From a bacterium (GTDB taxonomy: Bacteria; Bdellovibrionota_C; UBA2361; CALJRW01): DNA of 32,901 nucleotides. Location of the stretch: the NCBI GenBank assembly GCA_031385045.1, contig JANNBC010000040.1, positions 1-32,901 on the forward strand, in the 5' to 3' direction. Below the pieces are notes generated by a model. It was not told the DNA's origin. It did no database searches and saw nothing but the letters and a program-made list of their open reading frames with translations. A program made the translations under genes and the position numbers. This document shows, in pieces, positions 7,746 to 17,189 of this stretch (positions are counted from its first letter, which is position 1; each line of letters begins with the position of its first letter).

Positions 7746-9113
7746 CTATTTGCCAATACAGAACTTACTAAATATACGACCTAGTAGGTCTTCTGTTTCC
7801 ACCCCACCCACTATTTCTGAAAGAAAATTAATAGCTTGTCGCAGTTCGGCACTAATAATCTCTAGCGGGGCTAATTCTTGGAATAAGCCTTCACATTGGC
7901 TTAAAGAATTAAAACATTGCTGAAAAGCTTGTTTTTGGCGTTCGTTTGTAATGATCATGCTTCCTGCCGAGTGATCAAAATTAGTCGCCTTAACGGTAGC
8001 AACTAATTCTTGCTGTAACTCTGAAATTCCTTTTTTGCTTTGAGTGGAAATTGCTAAAAACTTATTCTTAGTAGCCGGCGCCTGCCCGAAAGGACTTAAG
8101 TCAATCTTATTAAAAATAATCCAGTAATTAGCTTTTCTTTCTTCTAGAATTTTAATTAATGGTAAATTTGCCTCTAGGCCAATTGCGGAATCAACAACTA
8201 ATAAAATTAAATTTGCCCATGTAATCTTTTCTAATGCTAGCTCGATACCAATTTTCTCCACAGAATCTTTAGTTTCAGCAATACCCGCGGAGTCACAAAA
8301 AACAAATTGATATCCAGCAATCATGGAAGTCTCTTCGATTAGATCTCTAGTTGTTCCAGAAATTTCTGTAACGATAGCTCGCTCTCTTCCCAGCAAAGTA
8401 TTTAGCAAGCTAGATTTGCCAGCATTTGGTAGCCCACATAACAAAACTTTATAGCCTTCTTTAATTACCTGTCCATAATCAAAAGTTCCCAGAATTGTTT
8501 GGATTTTCTGTTTTGCTTCACTGAGCTTAAATAACATTTGATCTAATCTATCAGGCTGGATATCTTCATCAGGAAAATCGAGATGTGCTTCCATCTCCGC
8601 TAGTGTATCTTTTAGTGGCTCACCAATAGTTTCGACAACATTACTAAACTTCCCACTCAATTGTTGATTAGCAATCAGGATCGCTTGTTCATTACTAGCA
8701 GCAATCAAATCTCCTACAGCTTCTGCTTGTAACAAATCAATCTTACCATTTTCGAAGGCCCGACGGGTAAACTCTCCTGGCTCGGCCATCGTTGCTCCGT
8801 GAGATAGCAAAACATTTAAAACTTTCTGAGCGAGAACTGGACTTCCATGAAGATGTAATTCAAAAAGATCTTCCCCTGTAAAACTAGCTGGATTTTTAAA
8901 GAAAACAGCCATTCCCTGATCTAGAGTTTGATTTGTTAAAGGATCAATTATCCTGCCAAAAAATAACTTACGAGCTTCTTGTGTTGGGAAAAAAGAGGAT
9001 TTAAAAACTAAATCTAGTAAAGCCTTTGATGCTGGGCCTGAGACTCTAACTATCGCTACTCCCGCCGGCGCTGGTGCCGTCGCTAAAGCAACGATAGTTA
9101 AATGAGATCTCAT
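7746..9113 (-). CDS. mnmE: tRNA uridine-5-carboxymethylaminomethyl(34) synthesis GTPase MnmE
   Basis: IVRVSGP, SFTGED, GEFTRRAFENGKIDL, GLPNAGKSSLLN, GTTRD, NKID, and C-terminal FSKFCIGK. Canonical context. Confidence 0.98.
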   Translation of the reverse strand: MRSHLTIVALATAPAPAGVAIVRVSGPASKALLDLVFKSSFFPTQEARKLFFGRIIDPLTNQTLDQGMAVFFKNPASFTGEDLFELHLHGSPVLAQKVLNVLLSHGATMAEPGEFTRRAFENGKIDLLQAEAVGDLIAASNEQAILIANQQLSGKFSNVVETIGEPLKDTLAEMEAHLDFPDEDIQPDRLDQMLFKLSEAKQKIQTILGTFDYGQVIKEGYKVLLCGLPNAGKSSLLNTLLGRERAIVTEISGTTRDLIEETSMIAGYQFVFCDSAGIAETKDSVEKIGIELALEKITWANLILLVVDSAIGLEANLPLIKILEERKANYWIIFNKIDLSPFGQAPATKNKFLAISTQSKKGISELQQELVATVKATNFDHSAGSMIITNERQKQAFQQCFNSLSQCEGLFQELAPLEIISAELRQAINFLSEIVGGVETEDLLGRIFSKFCIGK

Positions 9114-9122
9114 CTAGGTAAC

Positions 9123-10886
9123 TTAAAGCAGAGTCAAAACATATCCGATTGAAAAAACAATGAAACCAGAGACCAGAGTTGCTGGTAAAGCTTGAATGTT
9201 TCTTTCCGTTCTTAATGCATACTGCTGAATGATTGACATAATGTTGTTAACCAACCAGTAAAGTACTAATCCTGATGGGAAGGGCATAATAATAAACATC
9301 ACTGTAAACATCACCGGCATCATGTACATAATCTTCTTCTGATTAGCATCTGCCGTGGAAGGCATTGTGACAGTTTGTAAGAACATACTACCACCCATCA
9401 AAAGAATCATGATTGGAACTGGAATGCCAAAAACGACTAGCTTTTCTGGCATCGACAAATCATTAATCCAAAGTGCAAAATCCGCGTGTCGTAAGTAAAT
9501 CGAACCTTGTAAAGCATTGTACATTCCAAGAAAAATTGGCATTTGCAAAATCATTGGCAAACATCCACCAAGTGGGTTCACACCATTTTGCTGATAAAGC
9601 TTTAACATTTCTTGTTGAACTTGAGCTGGATCTTTAATTCTTTCGCGCAGGGCAACAACTTGAGGTTGAATTTTTTGCATAGCCTGCATGGAAAGAAAGC
9701 TTTTCTTAGTTAATGGTAGTAACAACAACTTCATCAAAACCGTAACTAGAATAATTGCTAATCCGTAATTACCCATGATCGAGTAAAATAGTTCAATTAA
9801 CTTTAAAATTGGCTGTCCAACAAAAGCAAACCAACCAAGATCAATCGCTCGGTATAAATCATGACCAACATCAGTTAAAACTTTAGGATCTTTTGGCCCA
9901 ACATAAACTAAAAATTCAGCCTTTTGTAATTCTCCAGCCATGGACATTTCAATGATCGAACCACCATCAACTTGCTTCTCAACTTGTTGACTAACATTCC
10001 TTGCTCCTTCCGGAGAAAGAATCGTTGTCATAAAATAATTATCGCCCATCCCAGTAAGCGAGCTGATACTTTGAAAGATTTTGTTACTCCCATCTAAGCG
10101 ATTGCGCTCAATTCCACCGCTATCTTTACGATGAAAAACAGTTTTAAAGTTATAGCGCCCTTTAAAAAAGGACTCTGGTAAATAACTGTTCCAATTAACT
10201 CTTAAGGCTGAGCCATCAGCAGCAGGGGTAGCTAATTCAGCAGCTAATGAAAATAAATAGGAATCCGCATCAAAAGAAAAATTCTTTGTTACTTGATTGC
10301 CATCAGCTAGAGTTCCGATCAAACTAAAACTAATTTTTTCACCAGACTTTAAGAGAACTGTTCTTTGATTTAGATCTGAACTACTGGAAATACCTCTTAG
10401 GGTATACAGGGAATATTCATCAGTTAAGCTTCCTGTTGCAACGCCAAGTGGCAAGTATCGCCCTTCGGTCTTAACCATTTCTAGTAATTCTTTCCCCTCA
10501 GCTTCTTTCTTATAATTTTTCAGTTGAAAACTAAGTAGTCGCCCACCAAGAAAACCAATCTTAGCGATATATAAATCAGACTCGATTGTTAAGGCATCAG
10601 CATTTCGGTATTCTTCATTAGTCAAAGCTTTAATAGCAGTCACTTCAGTCCCAGCAGGCACAACAGCTTGTGGAGTTGGCGCGGTTTGGTTTGTAATAAC
10701 TTTTGGAACTTCCCCTGTGGCAACTGGAACAGTATTGTCCACACTAGTATTAGCAACTGGCAAAGGTGCCACAGTCTGCGGAGCACTTGGTGTTTGAAAA
10801 AGCGTTGTCCAAGTGAAAACTACTAAGATTGATAAAAAGATGGCAATTGCACCTCTTCTTTCATCACTCATATTATTTTTTAACAT
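9123..10886 (-). CDS. yidC: Membrane protein insertase YidC
   Basis: YVGPKD, IDLGWF, GNYGLAII, NPLGGCLPMILQMPIF, WINDLS, PSGLVLYWLVNN. The start may be the second Met (MSDERR). Confidence 0.97.
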   Translation of the reverse strand: MLKNNMSDERRGAIAIFLSILVVFTWTTLFQTPSAPQTVAPLPVANTSVDNTVPVATGEVPKVITNQTAPTPQAVVPAGTEVTAIKALTNEEYRNADALTIESDLYIAKIGFLGGRLLSFQLKNYKKEAEGKELLEMVKTEGRYLPLGVATGSLTDEYSLYTLRGISSSSDLNQRTVLLKSGEKISFSLIGTLADGNQVTKNFSFDADSYLFSLAAELATPAADGSALRVNWNSYLPESFFKGRYNFKTVFHRKDSGGIERNRLDGSNKIFQSISSLTGMGDNYFMTTILSPEGARNVSQQVEKQVDGGSIIEMSMAGELQKAEFLVYVGPKDPKVLTDVGHDLYRAIDLGWFAFVGQPILKLIELFYSIMGNYGLAIILVTVLMKLLLLPLTKKSFLSMQAMQKIQPQVVALRERIKDPAQVQQEMLKLYQQNGVNPLGGCLPMILQMPIFLGMYNALQGSIYLRHADFALWINDLSMPEKLVVFGIPVPIMILLMGGSMFLQTVTMPSTADANQKKIMYMMPVMFTVMFIIMPFPSGLVLYWLVNNIMSIIQQYALRTERNIQALPATLVSGFIVFSIGYVLTLL

Positions 10887-10916
10887 ATTAATTTTTGCTT
10901 TTGAAAAACTTTAGCT

Positions 10917-11165
10917 CTACTCTGAGAGCTTTGTAATATCTTTAACTGGATCTGAGCCGAAATGTTTGGAGTAGGGATGGCATTTAGACAAGCGTTTCAC
11001 AGCCATCCAACCTCCTTTAATCCATCCATAACGAACCATTGCTTGATAAGCATAGTCTGAACAACTCGGATCGAATCGACAATTATTTCCTAATAAAGGA
11101 GATACACCGAACTTATACAATTTATAGAAAATATTTAAAATAGTATGGGAGATATTTAATGTCAT
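10917..11165 (-). CDS. yidD: Membrane protein insertion efficiency factor YidD
   Basis: SPLLGNNCRFDPSCSDYA...RLSKCHP...DPV. Lies between rnpA and yidC. Confidence 0.95.
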   Translation of the reverse strand: MTLNISHTILNIFYKLYKFGVSPLLGNNCRFDPSCSDYAYQAMVRYGWIKGGWMAVKRLSKCHPYSKHFGSDPVKDITKLSE

Positions 11166-11527
11166 TGCTGCAGTTTTTTGGCGAAGGCTAGAGCCTTTAG
11201 CAGATTAGTTTCAATCTGTTGATAAGTACTTTCCTCAGCAACCTGCTTAGCAATAACAACTAAATCTATTGCTGACATTTTATTTTGATTTAAGCGAAAT
11301 ATTTCACGAATTTGTCGTTTAATTTTATTACGGACTACAGCCTTTTTAGATACCTTTTTACTGACGACAACTCCAAGTCGTGGATAGGAGAGATTGTTAT
11401 CTAAAAAATAGATTATTAAGCTCTTAGAAAATAACTTATTATTTGATTCTCGAACGTTACGAAAGTCAGCTGAACTGCGTAGACGTCTTTCCTTGGGGAA
11501 AGAGAATGTCTCCACATTGCCTGTCAC
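11162..11527 (-). CDS. rnpA: Ribonuclease P protein component
   Basis: FPKERRL, RLGVVVSKKVSKKAVVRNKIKRQIRE (RNR-type motif). Start re-called at GTG 11527 (or GTG 11515) because the ORF-track start overlaps rpmH. Confidence 0.93.
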   Translation of the reverse strand: MTGNVETFSFPKERRLRSSADFRNVRESNNKLFSKSLIIYFLDNNLSYPRLGVVVSKKVSKKAVVRNKIKRQIREIFRLNQNKMSAIDLVVIAKQVAEESTYQQIETNLLKALAFAKKLQQ

Positions 11528-11531
11528 GATT

Positions 11532-11693
11532 CTATCGGTAATGACCTTTTCTTGGTGTAGTGATAGCAATTTGAGCACGTCCTTTTTTACGACGAGCATT
11601 CAGGATAGCTTTACCACCACGGGTACTCATACGCTTTCTGAAACCACTAGTAGTTCGCTTTGGTTTATTGTGAGGTTGAAATGTTCTTTTCAT
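11532..11693 (-). CDS. rpmH: 50S ribosomal protein L34
   Basis: Manual translation: MKRTFQPHNKPKRTTSGFRKRMSTRGGKAILNARRKKGRAQIAITTPRKGHYR* (53 aa). Absent from the ORF track. Confidence 0.96.
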   Translation of the reverse strand: MKRTFQPHNKPKRTTSGFRKRMSTRGGKAILNARRKKGRAQIAITTPRKGHYR

Positions 11694-11775
11694 ATTCTTT
11701 ACTTATAAGGGAGACTTTTATAATGATTTTTAATAAATAAATCAAGTTTCGGTCCAAAAACCCTAAAATTACTGT

Positions 11776-12465
11776 TTATTTTAGGATTTCAATTAATTCT
11801 ACATCAAAAACAAGCACAGAATTAGCTGGTATGCTTGGTCTGTCTTGCTCGCCATAGGCTAAAGCTGAAGGAATAAACAACTTAAGTTTACCACCAGGCT
11901 TAACCAATTGTAAGCCTTCCGTCCAACCTGGAATAACTTGTTTTAGTCCAAAAGTGGCTGGCTCGCCTCTTTTATAAGAGCTATCAAACTCAGTACCATC
12001 GATCAATGCACCAGCATAATGAACTTTTACTTGCTGCTCAGGCTTAGGAGCTTCACCAGTTCCCTCTTTTACAACAATATACTGCAGTCCCGAGGCCGTT
12101 GTTTTAACTCCTTCCTTAACCTTATTAGCTTCTAAGAAGTCTTGGCCTTTCTTTAAATTAGCTTGCCCTTCAGCAGCGCGTGCCGCCATTTGCTCAGTGT
12201 GCCATTTCTTTAAAAGATTTCTTCCTTCCTCTTCCGTGACTAGCGCTGGTCGATCAGCAAGCACATCAGAAATCGCCATTTGTAAACTGGCAGAATCGAT
12301 TGAGCTAAATTCACTCTGAGCTTTAATGCTCATACCAACCTGTTGTCCAAGGACATAACTGATTTTCTTTTGTTCGGTATCTAGTGGGGATTTTTCAGCT
12401 TTCAAAGAATATACTCCAATAAAAATAACAGCGCAGAGCGGGAAAAGGTAAGCAATGTTTTTCAT
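11776..12465 (-). CDS. FKBP-type peptidyl-prolyl isomerase (Mip/FkpA/FklB type, signal peptide)
   Basis: FKBP_N region KISYVLG; TASGLQY, VKVHYAGALIDGTEFDSSYKRGEP, VIPGWTEGL, LFIPSALAYG, IPANSVLVFDVEL. Confidence 0.96.
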   Translation of the reverse strand: MKNIAYLFPLCAVIFIGVYSLKAEKSPLDTEQKKISYVLGQQVGMSIKAQSEFSSIDSASLQMAISDVLADRPALVTEEEGRNLLKKWHTEQMAARAAEGQANLKKGQDFLEANKVKEGVKTTASGLQYIVVKEGTGEAPKPEQQVKVHYAGALIDGTEFDSSYKRGEPATFGLKQVIPGWTEGLQLVKPGGKLKLFIPSALAYGEQDRPSIPANSVLVFDVELIEILK

Positions 12466-13086
12466 ATTTAGCCTTAAAGGTTATCAATGGATTCTATAAT
12501 AAGTAATTTTTGCTTGAAAGGCAAAGGCTATGCCTTTAAAAACCACCCCTCATTGCAAAAACTATTAATTTATTTGCAAATACCTCAAAAGAACATACTT
12601 AGAGCTGCGGCTACATTAAAAAACATGCGTAATATCCCAGCATTCTAGCAGTAGCTAATCCATCAGAACCTACTACCTAGCAACATCTATCCTAGTTACA
12701 AGATTTAGAGATGATTGGATTTTCTAAAAGGTACAACTAACCTGGCAAGCAACCTTAGAAATGGAATTAGCGCCATTATTCGTTGTTATTGCTTTAGCAG
12801 TAGAATCCTTAGCAATTATTGGTACAGGAGTTGCTTAGACTTTTAATTTTTTATGCACTGCCTTACCAAACCTCGTTCCTAATACTAATGTCCCATTAAT
12901 CAGTTTAATCTAATGAGTAACTAGAATTTTAAGATCACTTAAAATATCTTGATTAATTGCAAACTTCTCGGGATCCCATTCCACTAAGGATTTTAGCCTA
13001 AATCAAAACACGAGGAGGCCATCGAACGTCCATTAATTTTTTGCCAAAAAGTTGCATATTAATGCTGAGTATCATAATTTCAGGCT

Positions 13087-14142
13087 ATGAAGGATTCTAT
13101 TATTTCGGATTTGAATATCGTATCTAGACGCACGCTTCCAGCACCAGAATTAATTATCAACAAACACCCCTTAACTGACGGCGCCAGAGAAACTGTAGCA
13201 AAAACTCGGGAACAGATTAAAGCAATCTTAGAAGGGCAAGACCCACGAAGATTTATTGTGATTGGGCCCTGCTCCATTCACGATCCGGTGGCTGCTATTG
13301 AGTATGCCAATCGTCTAAAAGCATTAGCAGATGAAGTATCGGACACTTTCCTACTTGTGATGAGAACTTACTTTGAAAAGCCTCGCACTAGCGTTGGCTG
13401 GAAAGGATACATTAACGATCCTTACCTCAATGGTTCATTTCTAATTGAAGAAGGACTACAAGAAGCTCGTAAGCTTTTATTAACAATTAATAATCTAGGA
13501 GTACCCGTAGCAACAGAAGCGCTAGATCCAATTACTCCACAATATTTAGACGATTTATTTTCTTGGACAGCAATCGGAGCTCGCACAACAGAAAGCCAAA
13601 CACACCGCGAAATGGCTAGTGGACTTTCTGCGCCCGTTGGTTTTAAAAACACAACCGATGGCAGTATCATGCCAGTAATTAATGCCCTAAAAGCAGTGCG
13701 TAATTCCCATCATTTCATTGGCATCAATAAACAAGGACAATGCAGTGTTTTTCAAACTGCCGGCAATCCTCATGCTCACATTGTTTTGCGTGGTGGAACA
13801 AAGCCGAACTATGATTCCGAGAGTATTAAAAATTGCGAGACACAATTAGCTAGCAATGGAGTCTCCTGCCATATCATGGTGGATTGTAGTCATGGCAATT
13901 CTAATAAAGATGCAGCTAATCAACCAAAAGTTTTTGAAGATTGCATTCAGCAAATCCTAAATGGAAACCAAACAATTCGCTCCTTTATGATTGAAAGCAA
14001 TTTGAACTTTGGCGCACAAGCAATCCCAGATGATTTAGCGGAATTAAAGTATGGAGTAAGTGTTACAGATGCCTGTATTGATTGGGAAACTACTGCCGAA
14101 ATAATTAAAAAAGCTAGAATAAAACTAAAGAATCACTCCTAG
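13087..14142 (+). CDS. 3-deoxy-7-phosphoheptulonate (DAHP) synthase, class I-alpha (AroF/G/H type)
   Basis: IGPCSIHD, RTYFEKPRTSVGWKG, AIGARTTESQTHRE, GFKN, VDCSHGNS, YGVSVTDAC. The feedback isoform cannot be assigned. Confidence 0.97.
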   Translation: MKDSIISDLNIVSRRTLPAPELIINKHPLTDGARETVAKTREQIKAILEGQDPRRFIVIGPCSIHDPVAAIEYANRLKALADEVSDTFLLVMRTYFEKPRTSVGWKGYINDPYLNGSFLIEEGLQEARKLLLTINNLGVPVATEALDPITPQYLDDLFSWTAIGARTTESQTHREMASGLSAPVGFKNTTDGSIMPVINALKAVRNSHHFIGINKQGQCSVFQTAGNPHAHIVLRGGTKPNYDSESIKNCETQLASNGVSCHIMVDCSHGNSNKDAANQPKVFEDCIQQILNGNQTIRSFMIESNLNFGAQAIPDDLAELKYGVSVTDACIDWETTAEIIKKARIKLKNHS

Positions 14143-14161
14143 TAAAAAAACAGTCTTTGCG

Positions 14162-14189
14162 TTGATTAGGATTTTAAAGTCTCTATACT
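14162..14189 (+). promoter_or_regulatory. Possible sigma70 promoter for the 14222 ORF
   Basis: TTGATT (14162-14167), 16-nt spacer, TATACT (14184-14189), about 30 nt before the ATG. Confidence 0.3.
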
Positions 14190-14221
14190 CTAAGTCAGAT
14201 TTTAGTTCCTGAGTCTTTATA

Positions 14222-16201
14222 ATGCACCCACTTCATCAATTAGTAGATTCCTTTGCAGACCTAACCAGAGAAATGCCCGTCGAGGATACAACCGAGGTAA
14301 TTCGAACCTTCCTAAATGAAAATCTTGCGAAGCGCTTTCAAGACTTGGACCTGGGGAACTTCTGCCAGTACTTACTTGACCATCTAAAAGAAGAAAGCCT
14401 ACTCGCCGGTCTTGTTGTTGCTCTTAGGGACATGACGGATCATCTATCTCTACATACTGGGGAATACTTAGCAGCTGAAAAAATTCAAGCGAAGCTACTC
14501 AAATATAATTTATTACAAGAGCTTTCTGATGGTCGCTTAGTCACAGCAGATGGGGTTGATACTGCTGAAATCTTTTTTGGTGCCTGCTCATACCTGCTGT
14601 TAAACGGCTATCTATTAACAGAAATCGAAGGTCAAAAGTTTAAACAATTTAGCCTTGCCCAGGCAACTGAAGAACTAATCGTAACTGGAGTTTTTCAATT
14701 TAAGGATGGGCAACTTCCTGTTATTGATTCTAGAATTCAAAAAAACTTTGGGCATGTAGAGATTGCCTCTTTCTTTGGTCAGGTAATTAATCGTCAGTGC
14801 TATGGTGTTGCTAAATCAGGAGATAATTACTACCTAATTAGTGAAAATCAAATTGTTGGAAAAACCAATCTAATTGTAACTGACTGCCTAGCATTAGCCC
14901 TTAATGAATCGGGTACAATGCGGGCTATCATTCAAACTTACAACGCCAAAACTAAGACGTACATCAATCATTTTATTGATGATAATAAAATTCAAAAGAC
15001 CTGTGGAGATGTTAATATTGCTAACTTAAGCAACATGGAAATTGACCCGCAAGGTAATATCACTGGCCTAATCCCCAACCCCAGATTGCCAGGCACAAGA
15101 ATAGTTAAGCGCCATAATTCGGAAGGTCAACTCTACGAAGAAGAGCTTCCTTACCTGCTACCATTTACTAATGGCCAACTATTAGATGAAGTAGCTGAGA
15201 GAACAATAGACACGATTGTTGAAGCTGGATTCTATAAAGGTAAATCTTATGGAAAATTTATCATTGCTGGCCGTGAAGGATTTATTCTTGCTGATAAATT
15301 AGTTAAAAAAATAGCCGGAGTTAGTATTGTTGACTGTGTCATCGATGATAATTTTTCAGATCTTGGAACAGGCTTAATTGTACTTAGCGACGACTCTTGG
15401 ATTCAGCTTAATCGCGGTAAGATTGTAGAAAAAATTAACGATCAAGAAGTATATAATTATCGGGACATCTCTACTACGAATAACTACCCACATCCAAGTG
15501 GATTTTTCTTTGATGGAGTTAATTGGCTCTTAGTACTAAACGGCAATGTTAAAGATTGTCCTGCAATGGAACCTGGTTTTGACTCAAGTTTTAATGTTGA
15601 AGCTCGTGAGTACCTAGCGGAAGTTGGTCCTTCTGGAAAATTAACTTATGCTGGCCTCATTGACTTTACTGAGGCCAATGACCCTACAAAAAGCTACTCA
15701 CGTCATATGCTAATAATTAATGGCGAAGAATTAAAACCAGTAGAATTTGCGGGAAAGCTTAGAAACTTTACCACATATAGCGATCTTAGTTTTAACTACC
15801 TTGGTTCCGTTTTTTGCGAACTAGAAGCTGACGATGGGACAGTTGCCTATTATGCTAATGGCGAATTTTTAGATCCAGAAGACTATTACCTACTACCAAC
15901 TCTTTGCCTATCAAAAGAAGAAATTGTTCAGTACCTAAAAGCAAATACCGATCTTTTTAACCAAGACGAAACAATTGAAATTTCTGATGTTCAAAACTAT
16001 CGCCTGGGCTTTGATAATCAGCGCTACTTTACCTGCAAATGTAATGAGCGAAATACGATCGTCATGGGCAATGTTATCTTACTAGAAGATGAGACAACCA
16101 AAGATCTACTACTTGATGTTAGTGAACCAGGATCGCAACAATTACAATTTACAAGTAAAGGGATACTTCAAAACTATGGCTACATGCCTGCTGGTGATTA
16201 A
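14222..16201 (+). CDS. Hypothetical acidic protein: helical N-terminus plus degenerate beta-repeat region
   Basis: 659-aa uninterrupted ORF with recurring hhxxxhhxxhxGxxh-like segments. No family recognised. Confidence 0.75.
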   Translation: MHPLHQLVDSFADLTREMPVEDTTEVIRTFLNENLAKRFQDLDLGNFCQYLLDHLKEESLLAGLVVALRDMTDHLSLHTGEYLAAEKIQAKLLKYNLLQELSDGRLVTADGVDTAEIFFGACSYLLLNGYLLTEIEGQKFKQFSLAQATEELIVTGVFQFKDGQLPVIDSRIQKNFGHVEIASFFGQVINRQCYGVAKSGDNYYLISENQIVGKTNLIVTDCLALALNESGTMRAIIQTYNAKTKTYINHFIDDNKIQKTCGDVNIANLSNMEIDPQGNITGLIPNPRLPGTRIVKRHNSEGQLYEEELPYLLPFTNGQLLDEVAERTIDTIVEAGFYKGKSYGKFIIAGREGFILADKLVKKIAGVSIVDCVIDDNFSDLGTGLIVLSDDSWIQLNRGKIVEKINDQEVYNYRDISTTNNYPHPSGFFFDGVNWLLVLNGNVKDCPAMEPGFDSSFNVEAREYLAEVGPSGKLTYAGLIDFTEANDPTKSYSRHMLIINGEELKPVEFAGKLRNFTTYSDLSFNYLGSVFCELEADDGTVAYYANGEFLDPEDYYLLPTLCLSKEEIVQYLKANTDLFNQDETIEISDVQNYRLGFDNQRYFTCKCNERNTIVMGNVILLEDETTKDLLLDVSEPGSQQLQFTSKGILQNYGYMPAGD

Positions 16202-16308
16202 ATAATCAGCTTTTAAAGTACTTTTAGCTTCAATTATTGATTCCAATAAATTTTTAGGCCAAAGAAATCACTCAAGAGTTTCAAAGCTAACAACGATATT
16301 AATGCACC

Positions 16309-16965
16309 ATGGGAAAAACCTTAAACCAAGCACCATCAGGCATCGCCGTTGATATCGACGAAACGATTGCCAATACTGTGGAATTGTTAATGCAGGAAAT
16401 GCAGCAACGATTTGGAAACCCCGAAGGACGAAGCGCCCAAGAACTAGTCCAGCTTCACCAAAAAGCTGGTCGTGTTCCTTATCCAGAATGGCAAACGCCC
16501 GAGGCTAAAACTTGGCTAAAAGAAGCTGTTCATAGTGAAGATGTTCATCGTCGCGCTCCAGAGATTACTGGCGCAAGAGAAACATTAACTAGGCTTCATG
16601 AAAAAGGCCTACTCTCCTGCTACTTAACTGTTAGAGATTCTAGTTTAACCAATGTCACAAAAGAGTGGCTTGAGTTAAATGGTTTTCCTATACTTGATAT
16701 TATCACCAAACCTGATTACGTAAAGAATCGCCACGGAGATGCCTGGAAGGCATTAGAGCTCCATCAAAATCATCCACATATTACTGGTATCATTGACAAT
16801 AGCGCCTCGGTAATGACCAACTTACCTGGAAACTATGCTGGCCAGGCCTATCACTTTGGCGCCGAGGCCCCAGTTCGAACAGACATTAAGATTACTCCCT
16901 GTAATAACTGGAGCAAGGTAGAGATGGCTATCCAAAAAGAGAGAAATATCCCCTTAAATCCCTAG
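16309..16965 (+). CDS. HAD-superfamily 5'(3')-deoxyribonucleotidase-like (NT5C-type) phosphatase
   Basis: Motif I IAVDIDETIA; PEITGARETL; motif II YLTVR; TKEWLELNGFP; K...IIDNS (motifs III/IV). Confidence 0.85.
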   Translation: MGKTLNQAPSGIAVDIDETIANTVELLMQEMQQRFGNPEGRSAQELVQLHQKAGRVPYPEWQTPEAKTWLKEAVHSEDVHRRAPEITGARETLTRLHEKGLLSCYLTVRDSSLTNVTKEWLELNGFPILDIITKPDYVKNRHGDAWKALELHQNHPHITGIIDNSASVMTNLPGNYAGQAYHFGAEAPVRTDIKITPCNNWSKVEMAIQKERNIPLNP

Positions 16966-17189
16966 AATTGTAATAGCTTAATTTGATTAAGCCCTGATCA
17001 GCTGTTAGAATTTCGCCAAAATAGATGAATAAAATATTCAACATTTGAGACTAAAGCCTTTTAGAACTTAAGTTTCAGTTAATTTAAGACGAAACTTAAG
17101 CTATAACTATTTCGAACGTGGAGTTAGCTATAATGACAAAGGATTTCCCCTCCAAAGGAAATTGTCATTAAGTAAAAATTAAAAATAAA

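Noticed and set aside
11528..11599. N-terminal extension of rnpA in the ORF track
   Set aside because: It overlaps rpmH in another frame; the true start is likely a downstream GTG.
11493..11708. 71-aa + strand ORF
   Set aside because: Antisense shadow of rpmH/rnpA.
13080..13670. - strand ORFs 13080-13277 and 13422-13670
   Set aside because: Antisense to the DAHP synthase gene; no motifs.
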